NCBI GenBank assembly: GCA_964016885.1
Contig: OZ024756.1
Span: 26,784,001-26,848,000 of the forward strand
DNA from: Eledone cirrhosa
Lineage: Eukaryota
Length of the DNA: 64,000 nt
Reading direction: 5' to 3'
The notes under the pieces were generated by a model. That model was not told the origin of the DNA and searched no databases. It saw only the letters and a list, made by a program, of their open reading frames with translations. Position 1 is the stretch's first letter. Each line of letters begins with the position of its first letter. This document shows, piece by piece, positions 27,479 through 42,046 of the stretch. The position numbers were made by a program, and so were the translations under genes.

Positions 27479-27726
27479 GCACAGAACTGCGTCCACTACT
27501 GTTGTGGGACAATGCTATATCAACACCAGATGGCTTGAAAATAGTACTTCAGAATCCACATTTATGTCACCAATACATCAACGATGCTAACATTAAGAAG
27601 AAGACAATATCGGAACTCTGCCACACTCTTCCACAGCTCGATGAAAATGGTAAAATGAAATTAAGATGTGAAATTGCTGGTAAAAGAAGAATTGATCGCA
27701 TCTTCTACAGAAAAGAAAGCCCTGTA
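27479..27726 (+). CDS. nSMase exon 5 (GTELRPLLLWD...GKRRIDRIFYRKESPV)
   Basis: tttcAG acceptor, GTACGT donor giving phase 0, RRID motif. Confidence 0.88.
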
Positions 27727-28614
27727 GTACGTATGAAGACAAATAAATTATATATTTGGGTTTATCCAACATCATCATCATCATCATCATCATCATCGTT
27801 TAATATCCACTTTCCACTCTAGCATGGGTTAGACAGGTTGTACCATTTGAGGCAAGTTGGATCAGGTGACCGTGTTCTGCTCATACGGAACTGTTTCTGG
27901 CTAGATTTCTACAGCTGGATGCTCTTCCTAAAGCCAATCACATTTACAGTGTGTGCTGAGTGCTTTTTGTTGTGACTCCTACACGACCACTTTACGGTGT
28001 GTGTTGGGTGTGTGTGGGGTTTGGATTTTTGTCCATTTCTCAGACATAAAATAGGGAGTAGGTTTATATTCGGATCAACTTATATTCAAGTATATACAGT
28101 ATATTTTTTCTGTATATTTATTCATTCATTTATTTATTTAATCATCTTAAACCTCCATATAGAGCTAGTAAGCCATGACAGTCTAGGGGAGGTATCTAGT
28201 ACACCTTACGAAACAAAAACATGATAAACAGAGAGATTACAAAAAGGACGAAGGCCAACAGGTGACAAAAGAAGCATAAAAAGTTAAAGAAAAAATGAGC
28301 AAGAGACAGGATTGCCATGGCTGGAAGACCTTTGTTTGTAGATCTATATACTGGATCATGGCTGACCTGGTTCAAACAACAACAATAACTAATTTCACAA
28401 CTTGGTTTTCTTTCCTCAATTCTGATTGTTGGTCTTTTTGCTTTTCATTGATGTCATTAAAAGAAAAATAAGCCCTCATATATCTTCTTAACCCTTTAGT
28501 TACCAACACAGCCAAAACCAGCTCTGGTTCTGTCAAATAAAACCACCCATTTTAAAGGTTTCCTGTTTAAATTTAAATCTTCCAACATAATTTTATATAA
28601 AAACCTTACATTAA

Positions 28615-28834
28615 CCCTTTAGCATTTACATTACTCTATATTTACTATTGTATTTTTGTGGTAAAGGCTTTATCTTACAGAATTATCTCACATAATAATC
28701 AATCTACGAGATTTTGATGTTATTCATCTTGAGAACAATACCTTAACATAAGTATGAGTAGCCAGTTACAGCTGGTCTAACAGAAAGAAGTGAGAGAATT
28801 CTGGATGGATACAGCCAGTTTAAATGCTAAAGGG
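28615..28834 (+). mobile_element. piggyBac-like MITE (220 bp)
   Basis: Perfect 14-bp TIR CCCTTTAGCATTTA with TTAA on both sides. Confidence 0.88.
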
Positions 28835-28851
28835 TTAAGTTACTATCTTAA

Positions 28852-29060
28852 CTCTTTAGCAACACATTATTTTATATATACTATTATATTTTCATGGTAA
28901 AGGCTTTACCTCACATAATTATCTCACATAATATCGAATCTATGAGACTTTGAAAGTATTTATTTTGAGAACAATACCTTAACATCAGTTTGAGCGACCA
29001 GTTACAGCCAGTTTCAACAGAAAGAGGTAGAGAATTCTGGCCGGTTTGAACACTAAAGGG
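28852..29060 (+). mobile_element. piggyBac-like MITE, adjacent copy
   Basis: TTAA flanks; same body sequence. Confidence 0.8.
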
Positions 29061-30383
29061 TTAATAATAAAATAATTAATAAGTTTAGTTAATCCCTCAA
29101 AATTCTTCATTAATTAATTAAAATAGAGTGTATTTCATTAGAAATGTGGTCATGAGAGGGTCAAGAAAAGAATGTATGTCATATAGCCACCTTTCATCTT
29201 TTTTTCTTTAAATTTGTGGACTTTGATTTTGGTTGAGCTAATTTCATGAAGTGATTCCAATTCTATAGTGTTCTCTTTGAGCCACTGATGCTCTTAATGC
29301 TTTTGATACCAACAGGCCTAAAACCGGTTTTAGTTCTTTAGAACAAAACCATGAATTAAAAAAAATTCCAACAGTTTTTTGTAAGAACCTTTTGATAAGC
29401 TGTGTTAGAATTATTATCTTAATACTGAAATAATTAGCAAATCCCTCTAAATTCTTAATTAGTTAATTAATTTAAATACAATGTATCACATTAGAAATAT
29501 GGCAGACAGACACAGACGCACTCACAAACACACAAACACCAACCCACACCCTGACTTACCTACATTCCCAAACACATGCACAGGTGCACACACCGACACA
29601 CACACACACACACACACACATGCCCAGGTACACGCACACATACACACGCATCCAGAGACACACCCTCACCAACACCCACCCACACACATGCTGTATTCAT
29701 TCTCTCTTCACCTGCCTACCTAGACTGTCCTTATAAATCAGAAGTTTCCTTCCTTGGAGTAGTAAAAAAACCCAGAAAACATCCCTCTACTTCCCTCCCT
29801 CTCTCTCCCCTCCCCCTATCACCCCCCCCCCCCACACACACAACAAAGGAGACCTTGAAAACAATCAATAAGTCTGCTGACTATATTAGTTTCGCTACCA
29901 CACACCACCACACACACCACACACACCACCACCACCACCACACACACCACCACCACCACCACCACCACCACACACCACCACTACCACACCACCACCACCA
30001 CCACACAACGCCACCACCTCACACCACCACCACACACCACCATCAACATCACCACCACAACCACCACACCACCACCACCACACACCACCACCACCTCACA
30101 CCACCATCAACATCACCACACCACAACCACCACACCACCACCACACACCACCACCACCTCACACCACCACCACCTCACACCACCACAACTGCCACCACCA
30201 CCACACCTCCCTGTGTCTGTAATAGGTTGCCTGGCAAGTTAGGCTGATAGTCTTTTGTTTGTTGGTTTGTTAGTATTCAATAGTCATCTTGTAAACATTG
30301 AAACTAGCTGCTGAGGGGATGCAAAGAAGCAAACAAATACTTATGTGTGTGTGTATGTATATATATATATATATAGAGAGAGA

Positions 30384-30417
<34 letters not shown>

Positions 30418-30423
30418 CAGAGA

Positions 30424-30457
<34 letters not shown>

Positions 30458-30462
30458 CAGAG

Positions 30463-30573
<111 letters not shown>

Positions 30574-30660
30574 TGAGAAAGAGAGAGATAAATATAAATA
30601 TCATATCAGGAAAAACTAGGCTGGAAAATGTGGACAGTAGGAAAATTTTGTTCTGTTCAA

Positions 30661-30696
<36 letters not shown>

Positions 30697-31073
30697 CACA
30701 CACATATATATATACATACATATATATATATATATACATACATATATATATATACATACATATATATATATACATACATACATATATATATATATGTGTG
30801 TGTGTTCTACTATAGACACAAAGCCAGCAATTTGAAGGGGAGGGGGAAAGTTGATTAAATCAACCCCAGTGTATTACTGGTACTTTATTTTATCGACCCC
30901 GTAAGGATGAAAGGCAAAGCTAACCTCAGCAGGGTTTGAACTCAGAATGTAAAGGGCCGTAACTCTATGCTGAAAAGCATAATTTAAAAAAAATATTTTT
31001 CCCTGTATATTACCAACCTTTTTCATCATTTTACATTATTCTATTGGATTTTTCTTTTGTTTTTATTTTCCAG

Positions 31074-31169
31074 AACATCAAAGCTTACAACTTCATCAGT
31101 CGGTTGGCCTCCCTTACAGATCACATTCCTGTTGCAGTAACAGTTCACATATCCAGCAATTCTTCCTGA
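31074..31169 (+). CDS. nSMase last exon (NIKAYNFISRLASLTDHIPVAVTVHISSNSS*)
   Basis: Long pyrimidine tract and ccAG acceptor; catalytic LTDH.PV motif; TGA at 31167-69. Total CDS 1566 nt. Confidence 0.92.
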   Translation, partial: NIKAYNFISRLASLTDHIPVAVTVHISSNSS

Positions 31170-32213
31170 TTCCTTCATAGAACAAGCTTGCTATTTTATG
31201 GAGATTTTTTTTTTTTTAACTGTGTTTTCAAATTTTTATTTTATATTGTAAATATTATTTTTGTTTTGCTTTTGTTTTATTGGAAAAAAAAAAAAAAAAA
31301 ATTATTTCATCATTGTTGGTTATTGTTATCATCACTGTTGAGGATCACACTGCTTCTCTGGTGCAGTTGTGTCGTTTTTAATATAAGAAAGGATGAGCAA
31401 GGGTGACATATTAATATATTGTAGAAGTAAAAACCTACTACAGTCAGTAGGCATCTCTATCAAAACACACCCCCGTCCCACCACCTCCACCCCATCCACA
31501 CCGCCCCTTTCAATGTAAAGTTATGTTGGTCCCACAACATCCAGGCCGAAACAAATGAGATCGTGTAGGTGTCACGACAAAAAAACACACAGTCCACGCT
31601 GTAAATGTGGCCGTGTAGGCAACACGGTAAAAACCTCCCAGCCCCACACTGTAAATGTGGTTGGTGTTAGGAAGGGCATCCAGCTGTAGAAAACCCGCCA
31701 GACAGTCCACGCTGTAATGTGGCCGTGTAGGCAACACGGTACAAACCTCCCAGCCCCACACTGTAAATGTGGTTGGTGTTAGGAAGGGCATCCAGCTGTA
31801 GAAAACCCGCCAGACAGTCCTATGCGAGCAAGACAACCACTCTTGCCTCAAGTGGGAAAACCCCCGTCCAAACCCATGCAAGCGTGGAACACGGACGCTA
31901 AACCTGATGATGATGATGATGTAGCTTTCCAGTTAAAGCAACTTTTGATAGTAAGGCGGGTAGTAGCTGTTTATTTGCTTTTAACAACAACTTGCTCACA
32001 CTGCCTGGGAAAAGATAGGCAGGAACATCTTACTAACTTTCGCTCCTCATCTATAACCACTGTCATCATCACAACAATCACATTTATCTATTTCCTGCAG
32101 TCGAATAAGGCCAGAAACCTCTAATTGCGAAAGGTCAAGATTAAATGGACTCAAGAAGAGACACTGCTAACAGACACTGCTAACATGCCTTTCTCACCAC
32201 GAGGGTGACCTGT

Positions 32214-32268
<55 letters not shown>

Positions 32269-32286
32269 TGTATGTATGTATGTATG

Positions 32287-32334
<48 letters not shown>

Positions 32335-33034
32335 TATATATATATATATGTATGTATGTATGTATGTATATATATATATATACATACATATATGTATGTA
32401 TGTATGTATGTGTGTGTGTGTGTATGTGTATGTATGTCTAAAAAAAAGTCTAAAGTCTGTCTTAAGCCAGAAGGCTCATTTGGCCGGTGCTTATCCCGGT
32501 TTCATGGTGTGAAGCGACTGAGAGTACAAGACTTCCCCCTGGATAGGTTGCCAGTCCATCGCAGGGTTAAACCCCCAGCTATTGCTGGTACTCATTTTCA
32601 GCTGGGTATACTGGAGCAACGTGAAATGAAGTGTTTTGCTCAAGAACACAACACACAACCCAGGAATTGAACCCACGACATTATGATCATAAGTCGAACA
32701 CCCTTACCACTAGGCCACGTGCCTCCACAATAATAAAAATAAAAATAATAATAATAATAATAATAATAATGATTTCTTTATTAATAATAATAATAGCAAT
32801 AGTAATAATTTTAAAATTTTGGTAGATTGATAAAAAAAAATAGAATTGAATCTTACAGTAGCGATGTTACAGAAACTTTGTTTGCTTAGAACAGCTCGGA
32901 TGAATGGAAAGGTATTGGACATAAACTGAACAGAAGGAAACAATGTTATGATACCTAAGACCCCTGGATGTGGTTTGCCATTTTGACTAAACCATGAATT
33001 AAGATCAATCCTGAGGGAGGATATGATAATAATA

Positions 33035-33480
33035 ATAAACCATTCTCTGGGATATGTCAATATATACAGACAGAGAGATCAAAGCCAACCAACCAGATAT
33101 AGTCAAAGGCCACAAAGAAAAAAAATGCCTTCTAATAGATGTATCAATCCCCACAGATGACAGTATATCTTCCAAGGAAATAGAGAAACTCTCCAAATAT
33201 AAAAATCTAGAGATAGAAATAACTTGAATGTGGAAAATGAAAATAGAAACAATACCTTCAATAATAGGTGCTCTAGGAATGATAAAAAAACACACAGACA
33301 AATACATAACCAAAACCCCAGGACTTACAAATATATGCAGCATACAAAAGATAGCACTACTAGGCACGGCACACATATTATGAAAAGTACTATCAATACA
33401 ATAGAAACATCAGCAAAAACTACACTGTTCATATCCAAGGCGCACACAACTGTGCTTGGTAAAGCAGTAATGATGTGCAA
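33035..33480 (+). mobile_element. R4/Dong-like non-LTR remnant (restriction-like endonuclease), degenerate
   Basis: ILWD...ANQPDIV...LIDVSIP...KEIEKLSKY..L...PSIIGALG...QKIALLGTAHI with stops; flanked by (TAA)n. Further pieces at 34720-35060 and 35075-35325 (ICAAQE...CRICG). Confidence 0.8.
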
Positions 33481-34077
33481 TAAAAATAATAATGGAAATA
33501 ATAATAATAATAATAATAATAATACATTGTTTGAAGATTTTGAACTTAATCATCTTATAACAAAATTAGCAATATGGAGAAAAAATTATTTTTTTCAGTT
33601 TATCTAAGGGTAAGTTTAATGTAAAAAAAAAAAATTAATTTTTTTACACATACACCCCTCCACACACATAAATTACTTAAAAGCTAATTTATTATTCTGC
33701 AATAAATATTAAACATTATGTTTATATGTAATAATATAGTTAAATCTTTAGAGCTTGACCAAGCTTTCAAGTTTGTTGTTTTCTTCTCGTGTGAACATAT
33801 TGATTGAATTGTCAAGAATTATTAACAATAGGTTTTAGAGGGTTAAAAATTAGGAAATTTCTAGCACATCATTTTGAAATTGGCAGGGAATTTGTTGAGA
33901 GAGAGAGAAAGAAGGAAAGATATTTTAAATGATATATTTATTAGCCATGTCAAGCAACTGACTCTTATGTAAAAATCTGCCTTGTTAACTTGTACTGTTG
34001 AGGAATACACCTAGCAAGCTTTTGGTATGGAGTTTGTAATTGGCAGATCTTAAAAAACATGTGGACCACTTCTTTAA

Positions 34078-34282
34078 CCCCTTAGCATTTACATTACTTT
34101 ATATTTACTGTTGTATTTTCATGGTAAAGGCTTTATCTCACATAATATCTCATAAAATATCGAATCTATGAGATTTTAAGAAGGATACCTTAACATCAGT
34201 ATGAGAGGCCAGTTATGGCTGGTTTGAATAGAAAGAGGTGAGAGAATTCTGGCTGGATACAGCTGGTTTAAATGTTAAAGGG
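34078..34282 (+). mobile_element. piggyBac-like MITE
   Basis: TTAA|CCC...GGG|TTAA; same family. Further copies at 42124-42307 and 50733-50845 (truncated). Confidence 0.82.
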
Positions 34283-35999
34283 TTAAAGAAAATGAAATAA
34301 TAGTGGTTTCTAATTTAGGCAGGTCAGCAAGTTTTTGGGAAAGGACAAAGTTTATTAAATCAACCCCAGTACTTGACTGGTACTTTATTTTATCGACCCC
34401 AGAAGGATGAAAAGCAAAGTTCACTTCAGCAGGATTTGAACTCAGTATGTAAAAAGCTGTAAATAAATACTGCAAGGTATTTTTTCTGACACTACCAATT
34501 TTGCCAAATAATAATATTGATTTCTGATTTGGGTACAAAGCCAACAATTTTGGGGGAGGGGAAAGTTGATTAAATCAACCCCAGTATGTGACTGGTACTT
34601 TATTTTATGAACTCTGGAAGGATGAAAAGTAAAGTTAAACTCAGAATGTAAATAAATGCTGCATGGCATTTTTTTCTGACACTCTACCAATTTTGCCAAA
34701 TAATAATTGTTTCTACTTTTGCGAACACCGAGGGACAACTGTATATCTGCCAAAAGAAATTGAGAAATTATCCAAATATAAAGATCTAGAGATAGAAACA
34801 ACTAGAATGCAAATGGTGAAAACAGAATCAATCCCTATAATAATAATAATAGGTGCTCTGGGAATGATAAAAAAAATCACACCAACAGATACATAACCAA
34901 AACCCCAGGACTTACAAATATATACAGCATATAAAACAAAATAGCACTACTAGGCACTAACACACATTACGAAGAGTTCTCTCAAGACAACACCAATAAC
35001 AACACTGCATGTGTCCAAGGCACACAAAGCTGTGCTTGGTAATACAGTCATGACAATAAAAATAAGGCTAATAATAATAAGGATGATAATACAAATGGAT
35101 GAAACTGAAAATAGGTAGACAAAATAAAGACTGTATGGATAATTCCATAGAGATGTTGAAGATAGGACAGACAGAAAAAAAAGGAAAATATGGCTGACTA
35201 GAAGTGATTTTAAACTGGAAACAGGAGTCGTAATCTGTGCTGCTCAAGAGAAAACAATACATACCAATTGCATCAAACACAGAGTAGATTACACAACAGA
35301 AAGTGATAAGTGCAGAATTTGTGGCCTTGTGTCAAAGATAGAAATCGGTTTGACAGTATTGGTAGAGGGCTGGACGCTGTGCTTTGCAGCATAGAGTTAC
35401 GGCTCCTTACGTCCTGAGTTCAAATCCCACCGAAGTTAGCTTTGCCTTTCATCCTTACGGGGTGGGTGGGGGGGTCAATAAATTAAAGCACCAGTAATGC
35501 ACTGGGGTCAATTTAATCAGCTTTCCCATCCCCCCAAAAATGCTGGCCTATAATAGAAACCATTATTATTAGGACGGTGGATTGGCAGGGATGAGGGCGG
35601 AGATGTACAACAAGATTTATTTGCCACTTTATAGTATATATTAAATACTATAATGAAATAAAATGAAAGTAAATATAAAAACAATATATTTGTGTGTATT
35701 CTTTTATTGTTTTGTTGGCCTGAAAGTGTGTGTTTTAGTGGTTAGAGTATTGGGCTTACAATGTTAGAGATATTGTGATATCAGTGTCATATGATGTCAG
35801 AACAGATATGATCTATGAAATATATGATACTATGTACATGTGTGACATCTTGGAATATGGAATGTCATAAATTCACTTGATTTTAATGATACATTTTTTA
35901 GATAAGATAATATTGATACATAAACAAAAAGTTTTTTTTTTAAAATCAACTTCAAAACATAAAAGTCTTCTTATTCCGGAGAGGGTCGTGGGGTCAGAT

Positions 36000-36345
36000 T
36001 CCTTAAACACTCCTTCCAGCGGGTTCTGTCAGAAGCAACTGCCTGGATCCCCAAGCGAGACCAGCCAAGCTCATGGATGTTATCCAACCATCTTGCTCAG
36101 GGTCTCCTGCAAGTTGGTTTTGCCTGTAAAACCTGTCCAGCGATTCTTTCCTGAGACATTCTAACCACATGTCCATAGTATCAAAGTTGTGGTCTCCTGA
36201 TTCAGAGAAGTAGCGACTTTAACTATGACCTTCGAGCTATGCACTCTATTGAGTAACATTACTCCAAAGACCCTTCGGAGGAACCCCACTTCAGCTGTTT
36301 GTATTTGCAATCATATTCTTTCGGTCATTACCCAAGATTCATGAC
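36000..36345 (-). mobile_element. Degenerate RTE-like LINE 3' fragment
   Basis: WVMTERI.LQIQTAEVGFLRRV... and YGHV remnants. Confidence 0.55.
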
Positions 36346-37881
36346 CAGATATGAAATATATGATACTATGTACATATGTGACATGTCGGAATATGGAATG
36401 TCATAGGTCAACTTGATTTAAATGATAATTTCTTAGATAAGATAATAGTGATATATAAACAAAGTCTGAATTTCAGAAAAAAAGAAATAATTATTTCTAC
36501 TTTTGGCACAAGGCCAGCAATTATCCCAGTACATTACTGGTACTTTATTTTATCGACCCCGTAAGGATGAAAGGCAAAGTTAACCTCGGCGGGACTTGAA
36601 CTCAGATCGTAAAGGAACGTAACTACGCTGGAAAGCATGTCCAACCCTCTACCGATACTGCCAATTCACCGCCCTGAAAAAAGAAATAATAAACAAAAAT
36701 CAACTTCATAGCATTCATAATACTTTCCAATACTGCTTTCTTTTTGTGTATGTTTTATTGAACATTCCATATGTGGAATCCGTCAGTAGGGTTTACATCT
36801 GAAATCATGTTGGTATGAAGGTAAACTTCTCAATAAAACTTATCATTACAATAAAGTTGAACTATGGTTACTAGAAATGATAATAATTAGGACCAAAAGA
36901 TGTTTTGATCTTAGTAACATTAGTGGTGGTGGTAATGGTTGTGGTGATGCTGTTGTTCTTGGTTGTTGTTGTTGTGGTGTTGGTGGTGGTGGTAGTGGTG
37001 GTGATAGTGATAATGGTAGTGGGGATGATGATGGTAGTAATGGTGGTGGCAGTAAGGGGTGATGATGATGGTGTAGATGGTTGTGAAGAGGTATGGTAGA
37101 GGTAGAAACAAAGGTGGTAGCAACGCGATGGTGGAGTTGGTGGTGGTAATAGTGGTGGTGTTGTTGTTGTTGGTAGTGGTGGTAAAGAAGGGCAATTTAT
37201 TATGGTTTTATAGTTACTGAAATAATGAGGTTATTATTTTTAGTTTGTGATAAGCCCTGTATATCTATGTGTCTATATATATATATATATACAACTATAT
37301 ATATATGTGTGTGTGTCTATATATTTGTGTGTGTGTGTCTATATATCTATGTGTGTGTCTATATATATATATCTATATATGTGTATTTATATCTCTGTGT
37401 GTCTGTATATCTATATAAGTATATGTATGTCTCTGTGTGTGTGTGCGTGTGCGTATGTCTGTGTGTGTAAGTGTGTGTTTATCTATATACGTAAGTTTGT
37501 GATAAGCCGTGTATATCTCTGTCTGTCTGTCTGTCTGTTTCATACTCCTTATTCTCTACCTCCCTGTAATCTGTACACGCACACACAGACATACAAACCC
37601 ACACACTCACACACATACACACACACACACACATATCTGTGTGATGATAATCATCATCACCAACATCATTTAGCATCAGTTTTACTTCCTAGCAAAGGTT
37701 GGACACACATACAAATACATATTCATATACACACACACACACACACACACATATTCATACACACACACATATTCATACACACACACACATCCATACACAC
37801 ACACACACACATGTGGCTAAGTGATGGGCCTTGTTAATCTGGAGTTTCATCTGTAAACTAAACAGGATCATTAGACAAGAT

Positions 37882-37921
<40 letters not shown>

Positions 37922-37960
37922 ATTAAATAAATGGAAACTATATTTATAAAACCATATTTA

Positions 37961-38022
37961 TTTCGTTATATATATTTCAGGGATATCATATTAACAATAT
38001 GTTATGCCATCTTCAGACAAAA
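37961..38022 (-). ncRNA. Type I hammerhead ribozyme motif
   Basis: UUUUGU-CUGAAGA-U GG..CAUAUU GUU AAUAUG..CC U-GAAA-UAUAUA-UA-ACGAAA. Confidence 0.7.
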
Positions 38023-38239
38023 TACAATATAAACAGTCTTATAAATAAATAGATACGACATACCTTTCAATCACCTTGCATTTGGGAGGTTGATTTGGTA
38101 GTAACGAAATAAATATGGTTTTATAAATATAGTTTCCATTTATTTAATATCATAAATATACTCCAAATACTTGTTGAGTGCTTTTATATCAGTTATAAAT
38201 ATTTACTCGTTGTTAACCCAACAATTTAAATATAACTTT

Positions 38240-38338
<99 letters not shown>

Positions 38339-38496
38339 AACGAGTAGGACCCCGACGGCTGAGCTCAAGCCGTTTCGACGCCTAATTCTGGACTTACCCA
38401 CTCTACTACCCTAAGTATTGAGTACTTTGGTGTGTTATGGTCCACCTGGTTCCTTACCACATTTCCTTCGTTATATATATATATATATATAGATTA

Positions 38497-38534
38497 CGAG
38501 CTGAGGATCCGCTAAGGTGAAACAATTGTTCTCG
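38497..38534 (+). ncRNA. Minimal type I hammerhead ribozyme motif between two (TA)n tracts
   Basis: CGAG-CUGAGGA-U CC GCUAA GG U-GAAAC-AAUU-GUU-CUCG. Confidence 0.8.
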
Positions 38535-38543
38535 GTATAACCA

Positions 38544-38593
<50 letters not shown>

Positions 38594-38857
38594 AAGACAC
38601 ATGGCTTAGTGGCTTGCAATCGAAAGGTTGTGAGTTCAATTCTCGGACCGGGTGATGTGTTGTTTCCTTGAGCAAGACACTTTATTTCACGTTGCTCCAG
38701 TGTGTATTACACTCAGCTGTAGAAATGAGATGAGGAGGTACCGGCCTGCCCACCCAGCCAGTGGGATGGTGTTATCTTATGGCTAAAACAGCATGATGTG
38801 CTGTGACCAGCAGCATCAAATGGACGCCCGACAGACTGGTCGGTCAAGGTGATCAAG

Positions 38858-38899
<42 letters not shown>

Positions 38900-38930
38900 C
38901 ATAATAGTATATATATAGTACATACCAATT

Positions 38931-38975
<45 letters not shown>

Positions 38976-39020
38976 CACATAAGAAACGGTGAATCAGTGT
39001 TGCGACGAATAAGATTTATT

Positions 39021-39117
39021 AGACATATTACAATCGTTTCTCTGGCGACCAGCTCGAGGCACGATCGATGCAATGATCGAACCTGACTCTGAAATAGCAA
39101 GATCCTCGGATATGTCT
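39021..39117 (-). ncRNA. Type I hammerhead motif, CCGAGGA variant (paralogue of 193-286)
   Basis: AGACAUAU-CCGAGGA-[long stem II]-GAAAC-GAUU-GUA-AUAUGUCU; 8-bp stem I. Confidence 0.72.
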
Positions 39118-39194
39118 CAATTCTACGAAGCAGAGTTTCCAAATATATGACTTTCGTAGACATTTTTTCACGCTCAGAGTTGCTGAAGCATGGA

Positions 39195-39545
39195 ACACTG
39201 CATCCTTTAAGACACTCATGCTTCCCGAAATACGCCAAAACTACACCTGATGTACCCCTTCCATGCACATGCACACATGTGTGTATCATGACTCGTGCAC
39301 TGTTCATTTTACTGATGTTTGTGCATTGCCCTATGTACTGTACATGCACTTTTTTGATGAGTTGTGGTGCACCTGGGCACTGTACACAATATTTCATTAT
39401 TGTTATTGTTATTATATCATGACTCGTACACTGTTCATTTTCCTGACATTTGTACATTATTCTATGTACTATACCTGCACATTTGATGAGTTGTAGTGCA
39501 CCTGAGCACTGTACACAATAATTTCATTATTATTATTATTATTAT
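39195..39545 (+). repeat. ~350-bp dispersed repeat, near-identical to 42553-42900
   Basis: Shared ACACTGCATCCTTTAAGACACTC...GTGCACCTGAGCACTGTACACAATAATTTC(ATT)n; tail fragments also at 43035-43112 and 56770-56860. Confidence 0.85.
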
Positions 39546-40036
39546 ATATATATATCAGTCAGTCGATCGACTTTCGTCAAATCAGACCGAGGAAACAATG
39601 TTTCCATTGGTCTTTCAAATTGCTAATACTTGCTAATCTATCAGTTGCAACTCCAGGTAGAAGGAGCAACGTGAAGTAAAGTGTCTTGCTCAAGGACATA
39701 ATGCATCACCCGGTCCAGGAATCGAGCTCACAACCTCACGATCGTGAATCCAATTCTCTAACCACTCAGCTACGCCTGTGGTGTGTGTGTGTGCATTAAT
39801 TTGGTGTGTGTGTTAATATGGTGCAATCATAGAGCTGTTGTGAAGTGTCTCAAATGAGATTTAAAACCACATCCCAAGCATTACTTGCCAACACTTCTTA
39901 TTCCTCATCACAGATATACATCCTGATATTTCAATAAATAAATAGAACAATTTACAATTACAATTACACATTTATTTTTTTAGAAAATTGATTAAAATAT
40001 ACAGAGTATTGCTGTTAGAAATAAAGTCATATGATC

Positions 40037-40068
<32 letters not shown>

Positions 40069-40385
40069 GGCATTTATATATATATCTATATATCTATATA
40101 TATCTATATATATATATATACCTATATATATGTATATATATATATACCTATATATATGTATATATATATATATATATACCTATATATATGTATATATATA
40201 TATATATATACCTATATGTGTATATATATATATATATATATACACATATATATATATATATATTATATATAGGCATTTATATATATATCTATATATCTAT
40301 ATATCTATATATAGGCATTTATATATATAGGCATTTATATATATATCTATATATCTATATATATCTATATATATATATACCTATA

Positions 40386-40447
<62 letters not shown>

Positions 40448-40782
40448 CACATATATGTGTATATATATATATATATATACACATATATATATATATATTA
40501 TATATATATATCTGAAATAAATTTAGTTAAATTAAATTAAAGGAGTCATGTCCAAGACATGCGCCATATCCACTGTAGAATAAGCTCAAAGATTCCAATG
40601 AATAGATCCGAGCATTTTATATCAACTAGAAATTGATTGACATATATATATATATATTTAAAATAAACACATGAAACAATCACAGGGGATAATTTGTAAA
40701 GTGTGTAATCACACACAGCTAGGTAGGTAACTAATTAAAGTTTAACTAGATCTTCAAATATTACCTTTTAAAAAATTATTAA

Positions 40783-40873
40783 TCCTCCTTGTGTATATTT
40801 CATTAAAGAAATATATTTCACAAATATTCCGTAAAGTCACGGTGGCTAAATCTTAGATCATCAGCAAGGAGGA
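40783..40873 (-). ncRNA. Type I hammerhead motif, probably inactivated (U16.1 to C)
   Basis: UCCUCCUUG-CUGAUGA-[branched stem II]-GAAA-UAUA-CA-CAAGGAGGA; 9-bp perfect stem I. Confidence 0.7.
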
Positions 40874-41300
40874 AGAAATAACTGTCTGTTTTTACGCATC
40901 AAATGCAAATCTGCGAGTGACACATCGCACGTGCTGCAATTCTAAAACTACTAACAACAGGTAATATTTGAAGATCTAGTTAAACTTTAATTAGTTACCT
41001 ACCTAGCTGTGTGTGATTACACACTTTACAAATTATCCCCTGTGATTGTTTCATGTGTTTATTTTAAATATATATATATATGTCAATCAATTTCTAGTTG
41101 ATATATATATATATATAGGCATTTATATATATATATATACCTATATATATATATATATATATAGGCATTTATATATATATATATATACCTATATATATAT
41201 ATATAGGCATTTATATATATATATATATATATACCTATATATATATATATATAGGCATTTATATATATATATATATATACCTATATATATATATATAGGC

Positions 41301-41376
<76 letters not shown>

Positions 41377-41387
41377 ATATATATATA

Positions 41388-41456
<69 letters not shown>

Positions 41457-41475
41457 ACATATATTTATCTATCTA

Positions 41476-41533
<58 letters not shown>

Positions 41534-41546
41534 TATATACATATAC

Positions 41547-41606
<60 letters not shown>

Positions 41607-41613
41607 ATATATG

Positions 41614-41653
<40 letters not shown>

Positions 41654-41706
41654 TAGATAGATAGATAAATATATGTATACATATACACATAATATAAATA
41701 TATGTG

Positions 41707-41742
<36 letters not shown>

Positions 41743-41993
41743 TGTATACATATACACATAATATAAATGCAGACAACACTTAAACACACATGCACTCACA
41801 CACATACAGAAACACACACATACACATACAAAATACATCAGATTGCGTGCAAATAAATTTCTTCCCTTACACAGTGTCTGATATAAGACGTTTATTACCG
41901 GTGACGGAAAACATTTCTTTGTCCCAGAACTCTGGTACTGCAGGGACTTCCTTTTGTTTTGCTTCACCAATTTTATTCTTCAAGAAGTTGTCT

Positions 41994-42046
41994 TTAGATA
42001 CTTTTCCTCAGATTTAATAATTTCTGGCATGTAATGGTGAAATATT
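41994..42046 (-). CDS. SLC7 last exon (EYFTITCQKLLNLRKSI*)
   Basis: ttttctttacAG acceptor; T..CQKL C-terminal motif of LAT light chains; TAA stop. Total CDS 1587 nt. Confidence 0.85.
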
